Position numbers and translations under genes: made by a program
Notes under the pieces: model-generated
Told to the model about the DNA's origin: nothing
Database searches by the model: none
The model's input: only the letters and a program-made list of their open reading frames with translations
In this document: one piece after another, positions 36,865 to 46,603 of the stretch
Layout: every line of letters starts with the position of its first letter
How positions within the stretch are numbered: the first letter of the stretch is position 1
From: a virus
Taxonomy: Duplodnaviria; Caudoviricetes
Length of the DNA: 64,000 nt
Strand: one strand, 5' to 3'
IMG/VR virus record: IMGVR_UViG_3300044719_000048
Location: 32,001-96,000 of that record

Positions 36865-38885
36865 CCCCAAGACGTGACTCCTTCAGGATACAGCCACACA
36901 TAAGAGAACGTGTCCGTTCCAATAACTCCGTAATCGCCCGTTATTTGTATGCGGTCTCCTGGGTTGACCGGAATCGTGTACATACCGCTATGGCCCGGGA
37001 ATCCAGGGGACTCCTCAATGTCGATGAAGCAGATCTGGACTCCGTTGACCAGCAGGTAGGCAGTACCCACGTTGTCGTGCTCGCAGCGTACCGTCACGTA
37101 GTAGCCGATGCGATCTGATGGTACGGTGTAGTCCGTCGGATCGGGCACATTGATGCGCTCCAACATGCCGCTGCTGGTTGGCAAGATGTTGGTATTGAAG
37201 TTCGTGTAGGTCGGGGAGCTGGCCACCTTGTTGCCGATGAATGCCGCTACTCCTGCTACCGTCATAGTTCGTGAGCCTACAGCACCACCTCGGAAGTTGA
37301 AGGACATGTCCCGCGACTCTGCGGTGAACAACTTGCCACTGCCAGAGACCAGCGTAGACTCTTGCAGCAGATTGTGCGGCACCAGCGTGAAGTTGGAACC
37401 GAATTGCGACTCCGCCTGAGGCAACGAAATCTCGCAGTTACGGAGAAGCCAGCTGCCACTTGCATAGGGGTCCATGAAGCTACCATTCCGGTGTACCGGA
37501 TTGGCGTTGGCGACCTTGATACCTGCAACGAACTTGATGTCTATGGCTTGCACGTAGGCCCCGAGGTCGGGTATCAATGCTGAGGCGTACTGCACCATCA
37601 GACCACCCTCGTTGTACTGCATGAACGGCTGGGATTGAATCGTCGGGCTGACGGCTTGGGCGGCGACAGTCATGAAGACCGAGTCACCTGGGTTAGGTGG
37701 TAGTGCATCGGACAGAGGGCCATACGGTTGGATCAACCACTTGCCACCCCTGAACACTGCGCAGTTGTTGGGATCGACGTAGTGGGTCTGTTGCTCGTAC
37801 AGGAAGATGTTGCGGTCGATACCGGAGGCACCAAGGCTCAATGCGTATTGCAGGGTCTGCAGGGGTTGAGCACGCGTACCCGGATTGCTGTCACTACCGT
37901 TCACTGCATCGACATAAATGTTCTGAAGTTCAGGCGGCGCTACCGTCCCATAGTAAAGGCCGTCCGACCGCTTCTCCAGCAGGTTCCCAGAAGTGGCTGA
38001 CAGGCGGACTTTGCTGAGGTCCTTGGTCGTGTGAATCCAGACCTGATTGCCGCTACTGAAGGCAGTCGGGAACGCCTCAGTAAAGGTGAAGGTCAGCGTT
38101 GTCTCATCGGCACTCAGAACTGCTGTAGAGACCGCGCGGAGATAGCCGGCGCTATTTTCGATCACAAATTCCTTGGCAGTCGAGGACACCAACTCGTGTA
38201 CGGAGAGCACGGAGTCCAGAGCGCTGGTGGCCACTACGACTGTCGTGGTGCTGCCTGATTGACACGGACCTTTGTACACCGATTGGTAGTTAGTGCCTAC
38301 CGTCCAGTGAGTATCCGACGCTTGGTGGATCAAGGTCGAGTCACCTTTCGGATCGAGCTCGCGCACCAGAATCGAAGGAATGCCCGGATTGGCCGACAAG
38401 GCAGGTGGGTAGACATCCGACCAGTGATCAACTTCCCAAATGTCTGGAGGCAAACAGTTGGTGTTGACCTGGAAGACTGCAACTGACTGCTCCAGCTTCA
38501 GCAGGCAATTGAAGGTATAGGTCGACAATACGTTAGTGCCCAAAGAACTGTACTTGATCTGCGGGGTAGCGAACGCCGCCTTGGCGAACATCGCTCCGCC
38601 CGTCAGGAACAGTGCGACCTCACCGAACTGGAAAGGGCCGGCCTGAGTCGGAATACGGCACACGATGTCCAGTGTGTTGTTACCTACGTATTTGTAGGTC
38701 AAGGGCTCGCCCTCGTACAGCAAGTCCCCGTTGATGTCGGTGTCGGTAGGCTCTGGTGTATAGCCGTACGCCGAGCCGATTTTGAAGGACGCGATCTCAA
38801 TGAAGGGACCGGTTGGAGTTGCTACTGAGGCTGCGGCCTCCCCTACGTTGGTAACAACCAGCTTAGGCGTTGTGAAGTCGGTCAT
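36861..38885 (-). CDS. Baseplate-attached tail fibre protein 3
   Basis: Collar-fibre N-terminus FKIGSAYGY..GEVALF; IYVDAVNGSDSNPGT..PLQT motif. Confidence 0.8.
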   Translation of the reverse strand: MTDFTTPKLVVTNVGEAAASVATPTGPFIEIASFKIGSAYGYTPEPTDTDINGDLLYEGEPLTYKYVGNNTLDIVCRIPTQAGPFQFGEVALFLTGGAMFAKAAFATPQIKYSSLGTNVLSTYTFNCLLKLEQSVAVFQVNTNCLPPDIWEVDHWSDVYPPALSANPGIPSILVRELDPKGDSTLIHQASDTHWTVGTNYQSVYKGPCQSGSTTTVVVATSALDSVLSVHELVSSTAKEFVIENSAGYLRAVSTAVLSADETTLTFTFTEAFPTAFSSGNQVWIHTTKDLSKVRLSATSGNLLEKRSDGLYYGTVAPPELQNIYVDAVNGSDSNPGTRAQPLQTLQYALSLGASGIDRNIFLYEQQTHYVDPNNCAVFRGGKWLIQPYGPLSDALPPNPGDSVFMTVAAQAVSPTIQSQPFMQYNEGGLMVQYASALIPDLGAYVQAIDIKFVAGIKVANANPVHRNGSFMDPYASGSWLLRNCEISLPQAESQFGSNFTLVPHNLLQESTLVSGSGKLFTAESRDMSFNFRGGAVGSRTMTVAGVAAFIGNKVASSPTYTNFNTNILPTSSGMLERINVPDPTDYTVPSDRIGYYVTVRCEHDNVGTAYLLVNGVQICFIDIEESPGFPGHSGMYTIPVNPGDRIQITGDYGVIGTDTFSYVWLYPEGVTSWG

Positions 38886-38895
38886 GAGTTGCCTT

Positions 38896-39642
38896 TCAAT
38901 AATTGGTGAGCTTGATTTGGAAATCGTTGTTCAGGCCTATCGCCACAATGACGGCTGCATCGCCGTCTATCTCGGAGACTATCTGCATGTCGAAGTTTGC
39001 GTCCACCGACTGAAGCACGAGATTGTAGTTGGCGATCTCGTAGAAGAACTGCTGGAGCGTCAGGATGTCGATGCCCTTCAACCCTCCCTTGGCCTCAATC
39101 AATACGTGCGTTGTCGGATACCACGGTCCGCCCTCCCATATAGGAGTGCCTATGGTTTCATCTCCCTCAGGTACGAAGGTCACGTAGTCAGTGGTCCACA
39201 TATTGAAGACCCTGAAATCTGAGGACAGGCAGTAGTTGATGAACTCGATGAACTGTCCTGTGCCCTTGCCGAACCAGTAGGTGCCGACGAAACGAGCAAT
39301 GGTCTGGTAAGCGTCGTCTGAGACGATGCCTGCGGTCTGGAGCTTCATGCCGAGGGCGTTGACCTGCTTGACTACTAGGTCGCGGTCAGGAGTAGACCAT
39401 GCACTGTCAGGTATCAACGCCTGCTGGTCCACGCTGGCCTCCGTCGTAGGGTTTTGCACCCACATATTGCGGAGATTAGCCAGAGTCCGAAGCTCTGCAT
39501 CCACAGTGGGGCCGAACACAGCATCCATCGCATTGCAGTACTCGACGAAGTAAGGGTTCGATGCGAGATACGGTGGCAGCAGAGTCGAACGAGGGACGAT
39601 GATTCCGTGGCGCTGCCTGTACTTTGCGCTTTCAGTATCCAA
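38896..39642 (-). CDS. Baseplate wedge protein (P2 gpI-like position)
   Basis: LLPPYL start; lies between the baseplate J-like gene and the fibre; TTG start. Confidence 0.65.
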   Translation of the reverse strand: MDTESAKYRQRHGIIVPRSTLLPPYLASNPYFVEYCNAMDAVFGPTVDAELRTLANLRNMWVQNPTTEASVDQQALIPDSAWSTPDRDLVVKQVNALGMKLQTAGIVSDDAYQTIARFVGTYWFGKGTGQFIEFINYCLSSDFRVFNMWTTDYVTFVPEGDETIGTPIWEGGPWYPTTHVLIEAKGGLKGIDILTLQQFFYEIANYNLVLQSVDANFDMQIVSEIDGDAAVIVAIGLNNDFQIKLTNY

Positions 39643-39835
39643 AGAGGACCTCTCTTGATTCTGGAGTGGAGACCAGCATTTCCGGGCACTCCTTTATGGG
39701 CCGCAACCCGTGAGTCATAGCCATCTGCTCTTTCGGGTTGCTGACCATGTTGTTGAATAGCTTTATGGTGGCCTCTTCGTTCGACATGGCTTCCGCCACG
39801 TAGACCACCTTGTCGCACTGGCACAGATAGATCAT
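39632..39835 (-). CDS. Small hypothetical protein
   Basis: TAATG coupling to the baseplate J-like gene (MIYLCQCDK). Confidence 0.5.
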   Translation of the reverse strand: MIYLCQCDKVVYVAEAMSNEEATIKLFNNMVSNPKEQMAMTHGLRPIKECPEMLVSTPESREVLFGY

Positions 39836-41595
39836 TATGCCAGCCTCGTGGGTGCACCTTGGATGCGCTGTTGCCGCTCGGCGTACACAACATTGACCAC
39901 CAGGCTGTTGATCTTGTTGTAGCGGATTGGAACATTGGCCGTTCCCGGAGGCGCGACACCCGGCGTGATAGAGCCGTTGTCCGTGAACTGCAGCGGATCG
40001 CCTGCGTTGATTGTGGCTAAGAGGCCTACACCCTCGGACGCTTTCCGACCATAGACCTTGTACTGTGCAGCGACTTCCATAGGGAGCCACGTGAGTTTGA
40101 CGGAGTTGTTGTTACCCATCGCATTCGTGATCTGCGGGAAGACCCAGTTCGACGGGGGCCCTTCCTCGCCGTCGCCGTTCACGACCGACACGCCGTAGGA
40201 GTACATCAGAGGCGTCAGCGTACCTGATCCGTGAATGAGCTCGAACTGCAGGCCCGGACTCGGCGGCGCAGTCACGATCATCGGATCGGTCGGCGACTGC
40301 ACGGTGACATAGGACACTAGGCCAGGAGCAGCTATACGGCAAGCGTTCTCCAAGTCATAGCCATAGAAGTTGGTCATCAGCAAGCCGCTGCGTGGCGCGA
40401 ATAGCTGATTGATCTGTGCCTCACACGCCGCTTGCACTTGCGAGAGGATAGCAGTGTTGAAGCAGAAGACAGTGACCTCGATGTCACGTAAGATCGCTAT
40501 AGGATCTTGGAACACGAAACGTGGTGCGTACATCGTGACCGACTGCAGGTATGAACAGTAGTCTTTCTTCTGCTGCGTTGTCCAAGGTGTAGTGGTTAAT
40601 GCCGAGACACGCATCACGTTCATCCACTCCAAGGCCATCGGGTTAATGTCGCGCTGGGCCTGCGTCACCGAATCGATGACGCCTGGATAGTCACCGACTG
40701 TCGCCAGATACTGGGACTTCGTGACCGCCGACGAGTAGGTGCCGAAGGCCCCACTACTCAAGTTCTTGTAAGTCTGGATCGGCTGCTCATCGCCACCCCC
40801 TGTCGGGTTTGCCAAGGCCGTGCCCGTGATTTCCGGATGGCCGTCCACTGAGAGAGGCTTGCCTTGCAGAGTCTGGTTCGACCCGTCTGCGCCATTCGTG
40901 ATGGCGTATTGAATGACGATGACATCGGAGACCTGCGGCGTATAGCCGAACTGCTGCGAACCGAAGACCACGAGTAGGCGTCCATCCGACGTGGTGAGAT
41001 CCGCATACGCCGGAAGGCCCCTGTAGTTCCAGAGCGTGCCAAACGATTTTTCGATCAGCGTATTGTTCACGTAGACCCTTACGTCTTGGTCGGAGACGGT
41101 GAACGAGTCGTCCTCGGAGAGGAAGGTCTGACGAGGCGAACCCAAACCACTCATCGCGAAGGCCGTGATCCGGCCTTGGAACAGCGTCACCGTCTGCGGT
41201 ACGTTAGCGGTGAAGAACAGCTGCTCGCGATTGAAGTAGTATTGCCCAGCGATCAGGAACTGAGTCATCGGATTCAGCGTCTGCGTGGTAGTCGACGTGA
41301 GCGAAACATCTAGCCCGGCCGGGAGCTTACGCGTCATGCGCAGGCCCTGCATCTGGGTGATGGCTCGAATAGCGTCATCGGACTGCGCGGTTTCCGCGAA
41401 TGCGTCCTCCGCCGTTCGGATGTTTCGGCCTTCCATGAAGGTGCCAACAGCGGCGACCAACTCGATTAGCGTCTGAGAGGTCTGCGTGGTCAGATTCCCT
41501 TTCCACGTAGGCGTGTTCGACAAATAGGTCTCGAACGCCGTGACGAAGTCGTTGAAGTCCGCTGCTGTTACTGGGATGCTCAGGTCTTGGCTCAT
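39835..41595 (-). CDS. Baseplate wedge protein (T4 gp6 / baseplate J-like)
   Basis: AFAETAQ; GGGDEQ; AVTKSQY; follows the gp25-like gene. Confidence 0.85.
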   Translation of the reverse strand: MSQDLSIPVTAADFNDFVTAFETYLSNTPTWKGNLTTQTSQTLIELVAAVGTFMEGRNIRTAEDAFAETAQSDDAIRAITQMQGLRMTRKLPAGLDVSLTSTTTQTLNPMTQFLIAGQYYFNREQLFFTANVPQTVTLFQGRITAFAMSGLGSPRQTFLSEDDSFTVSDQDVRVYVNNTLIEKSFGTLWNYRGLPAYADLTTSDGRLLVVFGSQQFGYTPQVSDVIVIQYAITNGADGSNQTLQGKPLSVDGHPEITGTALANPTGGGDEQPIQTYKNLSSGAFGTYSSAVTKSQYLATVGDYPGVIDSVTQAQRDINPMALEWMNVMRVSALTTTPWTTQQKKDYCSYLQSVTMYAPRFVFQDPIAILRDIEVTVFCFNTAILSQVQAACEAQINQLFAPRSGLLMTNFYGYDLENACRIAAPGLVSYVTVQSPTDPMIVTAPPSPGLQFELIHGSGTLTPLMYSYGVSVVNGDGEEGPPSNWVFPQITNAMGNNNSVKLTWLPMEVAAQYKVYGRKASEGVGLLATINAGDPLQFTDNGSITPGVAPPGTANVPIRYNKINSLVVNVVYAERQQRIQGAPTRLA

Positions 41596-41596
41596 A

Positions 41597-42019
41597 TTAT
41601 GTTCCTGCGGTCTCCTGGAACCGAATGTCCAGTGGGTTTTTGGTTAAGGTATCCGTGCCTACGATCCGAACTTCGTAACCGGGGATCAGGGTATTGGGCG
41701 TGATAGAGCACTTGGCGTAGTCCAGACGAATGCGCGGCTCCCACCTTGAGATAGCCTGAATCATGGCGATCCTCATCTTCGCTGCGGTGACGAGATCGAT
41801 GGGCTCTTGCAGGAACAGTTTCCATTCGGAACCGTACTCAGGCTGAAAGATCTTGCCGCGCTCTCCAATAGAACAGTTGAACAAGTTGAAGAGGCTCGAA
41901 TGAACAATGGACAGTGAGTCAGGCAGTCGGTCAGGCAAAGCGTCCTGGGTGACCCTGCTGTTGACGTCTATCCATGTTGCCCCTGACAGGGACAGTTCAA
42001 AGTTGGTAGGCTGTGGCAT
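41597..42019 (-). CDS. Baseplate wedge subunit, gp25/gpW-like
   Basis: GERGKIFQPEYGS; AISRWEPRI. Confidence 0.9.
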   Translation of the reverse strand: MPQPTNFELSLSGATWIDVNSRVTQDALPDRLPDSLSIVHSSLFNLFNCSIGERGKIFQPEYGSEWKLFLQEPIDLVTAAKMRIAMIQAISRWEPRIRLDYAKCSITPNTLIPGYEVRIVGTDTLTKNPLDIRFQETAGT

Positions 42020-42030
42020 GTTGTCCTCAA

Positions 42031-42038
42031 ATGAAATT
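42031..42038 (-). promoter_or_regulatory. Putative late promoter AATTTCAT
   Basis: Exact copies at 27677(+), 50628(-), 53544(-), 56382(-), all intergenic. Confidence 0.72.
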
Positions 42039-42884
42039 CTACACTATGCTGGTGATGATGCCGTCTTGCACGGTTATGGTCTTGTTCTCCTTGGAGTGGA
42101 ACACGCCACTAGCACCGTTGCCCGCCGACAGACTACCCGTTGAAGACGTACTCGGCGCGTTTAGGCTGATCCCACCGCCACTTATCGTGACCAGACCGCT
42201 ACCACTTATAGTAATCGTTGGGGCGTTCAGCGAAATCGAGCTACCAGCAGTTTCTGTGATAGTGTCGGCACTTAAGCTGGCCGCGCTCTGTACGCTTTCA
42301 GTCTGGTTCCCTTGGATGTTCAAGGTGCTGTTCCCTTGAACCGTCGTGTCTTGATTACCACCTATGGTGGAGGTCTGGTTGCCAATCACGTCTTCGCTCA
42401 GGTCCTTCGCAACGTGCAGGTTGACGTCTCCTGCGCCGTCGTACTTCAGGGTCGTACCCGACTGATGCGTGAACTCCCATGCGCCTGTATCCATATTTAC
42501 CCACAGCTCCGAACCTCCTGGGTCCTTGAACCCCCAAGTGTTGGGATTGCTGAACTTGGGATTGGCGTGCGCAGCCAGATACTCGTCGCACTCGTAGACG
42601 GGGTGATGCGGATCGCCTCCTTGGAAGGACACCCGCACTGGCGATCCGACCTTGGGTGCGCCGTACACTCCGTAGTTGGGACCCTGTCCGAACGGAGACT
42701 TCTTGGACGGCAGGCACCACGGTATGGGACCTTGATCGCTGTCCAGAAGCTCTGGTATCCGAACCTTGACACGAGCAATGCCCAGTGGGTCGTTGTTCTC
42801 TACGACGGTACCCACTACAAAGCCGTCGTACTTGTCGTCCTGCTCTGCATCAGAGAGACGATCGTTCACTGAGTTCATTGTCAT
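42039..42884 (-). CDS. Baseplate central spike (gp5/gpV, VgrG-like)
   Basis: OB-fold NNDPLGIARVKVRIP..PKVGS..GGDPHHP; beta-helix GN repeats; TVQDGIIT tip. Confidence 0.9.
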   Translation of the reverse strand: MTMNSVNDRLSDAEQDDKYDGFVVGTVVENNDPLGIARVKVRIPELLDSDQGPIPWCLPSKKSPFGQGPNYGVYGAPKVGSPVRVSFQGGDPHHPVYECDEYLAAHANPKFSNPNTWGFKDPGGSELWVNMDTGAWEFTHQSGTTLKYDGAGDVNLHVAKDLSEDVIGNQTSTIGGNQDTTVQGNSTLNIQGNQTESVQSAASLSADTITETAGSSISLNAPTITISGSGLVTISGGGISLNAPSTSSTGSLSAGNGASGVFHSKENKTITVQDGIITSIV

Positions 42885-44005
42885 TGCGCACCTATTACTG
42901 TCTCGTTAGTGCCGTGTCGGCACAGGCCCAGCTTTTCTGAATAGTTGGCACCCTGCACGTAGATCGCTCGACCCGTGACGGTATAGGTGCCACTGTTTGG
43001 AGTGTCCTGGCTCGTGGCCTCCGTCTGAAGACTCAACGATAGCCGTTCGCACAACTGCACTGCTGTCGTGTCCACCATCAAGGCCTCCAAGCCTAAGCTG
43101 AACAGGTTGCGGTACCTCAGATTCTGATACGCAGCCTTCTCGTAGTTCAGGTGTACGTTTCCAGCGTCGATAGGTCCGAACCTCACGGCACCTCGGCCGA
43201 GCGTCTGCTTGAGCGTATCATTGTAGTGCGGCGTCTTCACGTCAGGAGTGAACGAAAGGTTCTTGTTCGCCGTCCAGATGTCGTTCACCGTTACCGACTG
43301 AGATACCCGCATGTTTTGATAGCCGGACAGGGCGTTGTTCAGACCTGACGAGGCACTCAGCTGTATGTCGGAGGCGGTCATCGCGTCCTCCGCGTACGTA
43401 TAGCCAATGATCTTCTGCTTGGGTTCGGGTAGGTTGTTGACGTCTTTGAGTCTCAGAGTTCCGTCGAGGTCGACGCACAAAATCATGCATGAGGTGTCGT
43501 TGATCCATGAGTGATCGGCCACGTCTTTCGCCCATGCCCGATACAGTCGATTGCGTGGCACCCATATCTGACTATCGTTGGTTGTCGTGCCGTCGTACTT
43601 TAGTCCGCACGTAGATGCTATCTCCTGAAGTACGTTGCTGGCGGTGCCTTCGATAGTCCTGACCGAAGACGCCAGCCAGTACAGAGGAGCATCCCAATAG
43701 CCATAGATGCTCCAGGTGTAGGCCTCACCAGAGAACACCCGCTTGTGGTTGAACTTGCGGAACAGGTAGGTCCGACTGTCCTTGCCGTTAGGCTTCACCA
43801 CGATACGAAGAGGAGTACCGTCGAGAATACCGATCTTGTCGAAGACGTGCTGGACATCAGTGATCTGGAATCCGCAGACGGGTAATGCCTGACGCACTGT
43901 TGTTGCGATGTGCAGCCAGTTCAGAAGGTTGAGTGCCCCTAAAGGGTACTCCTTGTCGGCGATGAAAATCGAAATCTCGATTTGTCCGTTCACCAAATAG
44001 GACAT
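42881..44005 (-). CDS. Baseplate hub protein (gp27/gpD-like)
   Basis: AGGAG RBS before ATG 44005; lies between the LysM-like gene and the spike. Confidence 0.7.
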   Translation of the reverse strand: MSYLVNGQIEISIFIADKEYPLGALNLLNWLHIATTVRQALPVCGFQITDVQHVFDKIGILDGTPLRIVVKPNGKDSRTYLFRKFNHKRVFSGEAYTWSIYGYWDAPLYWLASSVRTIEGTASNVLQEIASTCGLKYDGTTTNDSQIWVPRNRLYRAWAKDVADHSWINDTSCMILCVDLDGTLRLKDVNNLPEPKQKIIGYTYAEDAMTASDIQLSASSGLNNALSGYQNMRVSQSVTVNDIWTANKNLSFTPDVKTPHYNDTLKQTLGRGAVRFGPIDAGNVHLNYEKAAYQNLRYRNLFSLGLEALMVDTTAVQLCERLSLSLQTEATSQDTPNSGTYTVTGRAIYVQGANYSEKLGLCRHGTNETVIGAQ

Positions 44006-44013
44006 GTGGTCTC

Positions 44014-44352
44014 CTAGATCGTGAGGGTCTGCTGTTGCGACTGAAGCTGTGAATTCAGGTACTGAATGACAGCTGCCTTGGCCGGGAGTTTCAAGATCTG
44101 ACCTGGGTACATATCCTGGATCGGGTCTTGCATGCCGTTGTAGGCCAGCAGCATTCGCCACATCGAGACGTCACCGTAGAACCGGAAGGCTATACCTGCG
44201 AGGTTGCCAACGTCCGGATCGCTGATCACTAGAGTCTGAACAGCTGGAAGAGCGAACCGAATGTTCTTATACGCCGACTTCACGAAGTTGTAGGCCGTAC
44301 CTGTGTTATCCAACGGAGTGAACCGCGAGTAGTCGTAGTCTGAGGAAATCAT
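44014..44352 (-). CDS. Baseplate LysM-like protein (gp53/gpX-like)
   Basis: LAGIAFRFYGDVSMWRMLLAYNG..GQILKLP. Confidence 0.85.
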   Translation of the reverse strand: MISSDYDYSRFTPLDNTGTAYNFVKSAYKNIRFALPAVQTLVISDPDVGNLAGIAFRFYGDVSMWRMLLAYNGMQDPIQDMYPGQILKLPAKAAVIQYLNSQLQSQQQTLTI

Positions 44353-45173
44353 CAGGCTCTCCTAGCGAAGATCTGGTCCAAGTCATCTTGGGTGACAAGG
44401 AACAGTGGTTTGAAACGAATTGATACCTTGGCATGCAAGGGGAGGCCCGTACGCGTATCGATTTGATTCGACCACGTCTCTTGTGCGGACATGATGACCA
44501 CGGAGTCGAAGAATGCGTAGTTACCGATCTGCACGCTGATCTGATTGCGAACAACAGACTTCCAGAACTGCGCACCGCCCAAGCCGTTCTGCGCGGTGGG
44601 TGGGCTGTTGGCCTGCTGATTGGAATTCAGGTTGGCATTAGGTCCGTTCAGTCCTCGGTCGGTACGTAAGGTACCGGAGATGCCTGTTACGCTGCCCAAT
44701 GCGTTAAGAGCCTGCTTCGATTCATTCAGCAGCGTAGAGCCCGAAGACGACAGGATCTTGCCGGTATCCTGTAGGCTTATACGTGGCCCTGGGCTCTTGA
44801 GCAAGCCTGTTGCAGCATCGACAGAGGCAGCAGCCAACTTCAGGAGCGTCAGCACCGGTTGGCGCACATCGGCATCCGGATCGTCATAGGTCTGAAAGTC
44901 CAGCTCCAGGCTCATGTCGTTCTCTGTGGCGCCTTGCCATAGTTGTGCCGTCATCGCTTGCGTGGTCAACCTCACACCCAGAGACGACAATGCAGTAGCA
45001 GCATTGCCAGACCCTAGCATGCCCTGCGCAAAAGGTGTTGCGTATTCGGACGATGTATCGTACGCCGTGCTCTCGGGCAGAGGTGCCGTCACCGTGGGGC
45101 CTGCGAGTCCAGGGTTTGCGGGATCCGGCACCTGCTTGATGATGACCAAATAATCAGGGTTGTTGATTCTCAT
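44352..45173 (-). CDS. Tail tube initiator-like baseplate protein
   Basis: Tube-fold motifs LWQG, GLPLHAKVSIRF; synteny. Confidence 0.6.
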   Translation of the reverse strand: MRINNPDYLVIIKQVPDPANPGLAGPTVTAPLPESTAYDTSSEYATPFAQGMLGSGNAATALSSLGVRLTTQAMTAQLWQGATENDMSLELDFQTYDDPDADVRQPVLTLLKLAAASVDAATGLLKSPGPRISLQDTGKILSSSGSTLLNESKQALNALGSVTGISGTLRTDRGLNGPNANLNSNQQANSPPTAQNGLGGAQFWKSVVRNQISVQIGNYAFFDSVVIMSAQETWSNQIDTRTGLPLHAKVSIRFKPLFLVTQDDLDQIFARRA

Positions 45174-46603
45174 TGTAGTCCTACCAAAGTTTTGCCCGGA
45201 CCTTTGATCAGATCGGTGGGGCTATTGTTGGACGTTATGACCGGAGTAGTGCTCTGAGCTGCGGTCTTGAGTGTGGTCTTGCGTGGAGGCTCCACATATC
45301 GAGACTCGGCCATACGCGGTTGATCCGTTACTAAGGCCGTAGCAGAATTGGCCTCCCTGTAAGCACGCTCGTAGTTGGCGATCTGGAACTCAAGGAAGTC
45401 TTGAGCACTCATGCTGGCTTTCATGCCGTTTTGCTGCATAGCCAGCAGCGTTGCTGGACTGGCTTCACCACCTTTCATGACATTGATAATGCCGGGACCA
45501 ATGTTGTGCATCATGTATAGGTTAGCTCCCGTCACAGGAAGTCCAGCCTGCCTGAGCAACGTGGCGTTCTGGGAAGCCAACAATGCAGTGGCCAAAGTGT
45601 TGATGCGCTTATCAAAACGGGGGTCCTCCTCTGTTCTGAAGTTGCCGTTTGGATTGGGCTTTACGTGAGGCCGTATCGGCCTCCCCTTCGCATCCTTCTC
45701 CTCTCGGTAGATGCCAGTGATAGGCTGCATGCCAATGGCTGCACCACCTTTCGAGATCAACGCATTCCACGTACTGGCTACAAACTGACCCGTACCGATA
45801 GCACCAGTGGGAGACATCTTGCCTGTCCAGCCAGACTCCATCTTGATGAAGCCCCGCAGCACGTCCAGTGGAAGTGTCGGGAACATCGTTGAGGCTTCTC
45901 GTATGTAACCATCCACGTCGGCGCCGAAGCCCGTGAACTTTTTGCCCTCCTTGGCTTTATAGATTTTCTGCGTCGCGAAGGCGCGCTTTATGGCCTTGAC
46001 CGCTGAGCTTTCAGTGATAGTTTCCAGCGTGGACTTGGGCTGTGCGGCTACCGGATTCGGAAGTTCTTCAACCACTGCTCCGGTAGGTGCAGTGTCTATC
46101 TCTTCCACTTCAGGCTTGGCGAAATACTTCCGATACAAAGCAACGCCACCTGCCACTGCGGCGGCGATGCCTAAGCCTATGAGTACCTCAGGCGTCAGCA
46201 CCGCGGCAACGGCTGTCGCAGCGGCCTCGAAGAGGGGAACGATGACCCAGCGTAGGGCTGCGCGTGCGGCGATTCGTACCAGGTTCATTGCCATGCGTGC
46301 GGCAAAGCGGAGTATGGGGCGCATGATGGCCTTTATCAGCCGTTTGCCCACCATCTCCATGACCTTACCCATAAGGCGGCCCATCACATCACGCTCAGGC
46401 TCACCTTCCTCTAGGCGCGTTGCCATTTCTACCACTGACTGCATGGCCTTCTTAGCCTGTCGGCTGTCATGCGCCTTCTTGCCCAGCTTCGTCAGCAGCC
46501 GCTCTAGCTTGGTAGTAGCGACCGCCAGCCGTTGAAGACCGTCGAAGGCTTCCAAGACTGGACGGTCTTCTCTGGTCGGGAATCGGTCCAGAGTGTAGTT
46601 CAT
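45170..46603 (-). CDS. Virion-associated lytic transglycosylase with a TM segment
   Basis: IKMESG; GAIGTGQFVASTW; LYMMHNIGPG (SLT motifs). Confidence 0.85.
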   Translation of the reverse strand: MNYTLDRFPTREDRPVLEAFDGLQRLAVATTKLERLLTKLGKKAHDSRQAKKAMQSVVEMATRLEEGEPERDVMGRLMGKVMEMVGKRLIKAIMRPILRFAARMAMNLVRIAARAALRWVIVPLFEAAATAVAAVLTPEVLIGLGIAAAVAGGVALYRKYFAKPEVEEIDTAPTGAVVEELPNPVAAQPKSTLETITESSAVKAIKRAFATQKIYKAKEGKKFTGFGADVDGYIREASTMFPTLPLDVLRGFIKMESGWTGKMSPTGAIGTGQFVASTWNALISKGGAAIGMQPITGIYREEKDAKGRPIRPHVKPNPNGNFRTEEDPRFDKRINTLATALLASQNATLLRQAGLPVTGANLYMMHNIGPGIINVMKGGEASPATLLAMQQNGMKASMSAQDFLEFQIANYERAYREANSATALVTDQPRMAESRYVEPPRKTTLKTAAQSTTPVITSNNSPTDLIKGPGKTLVGLQ

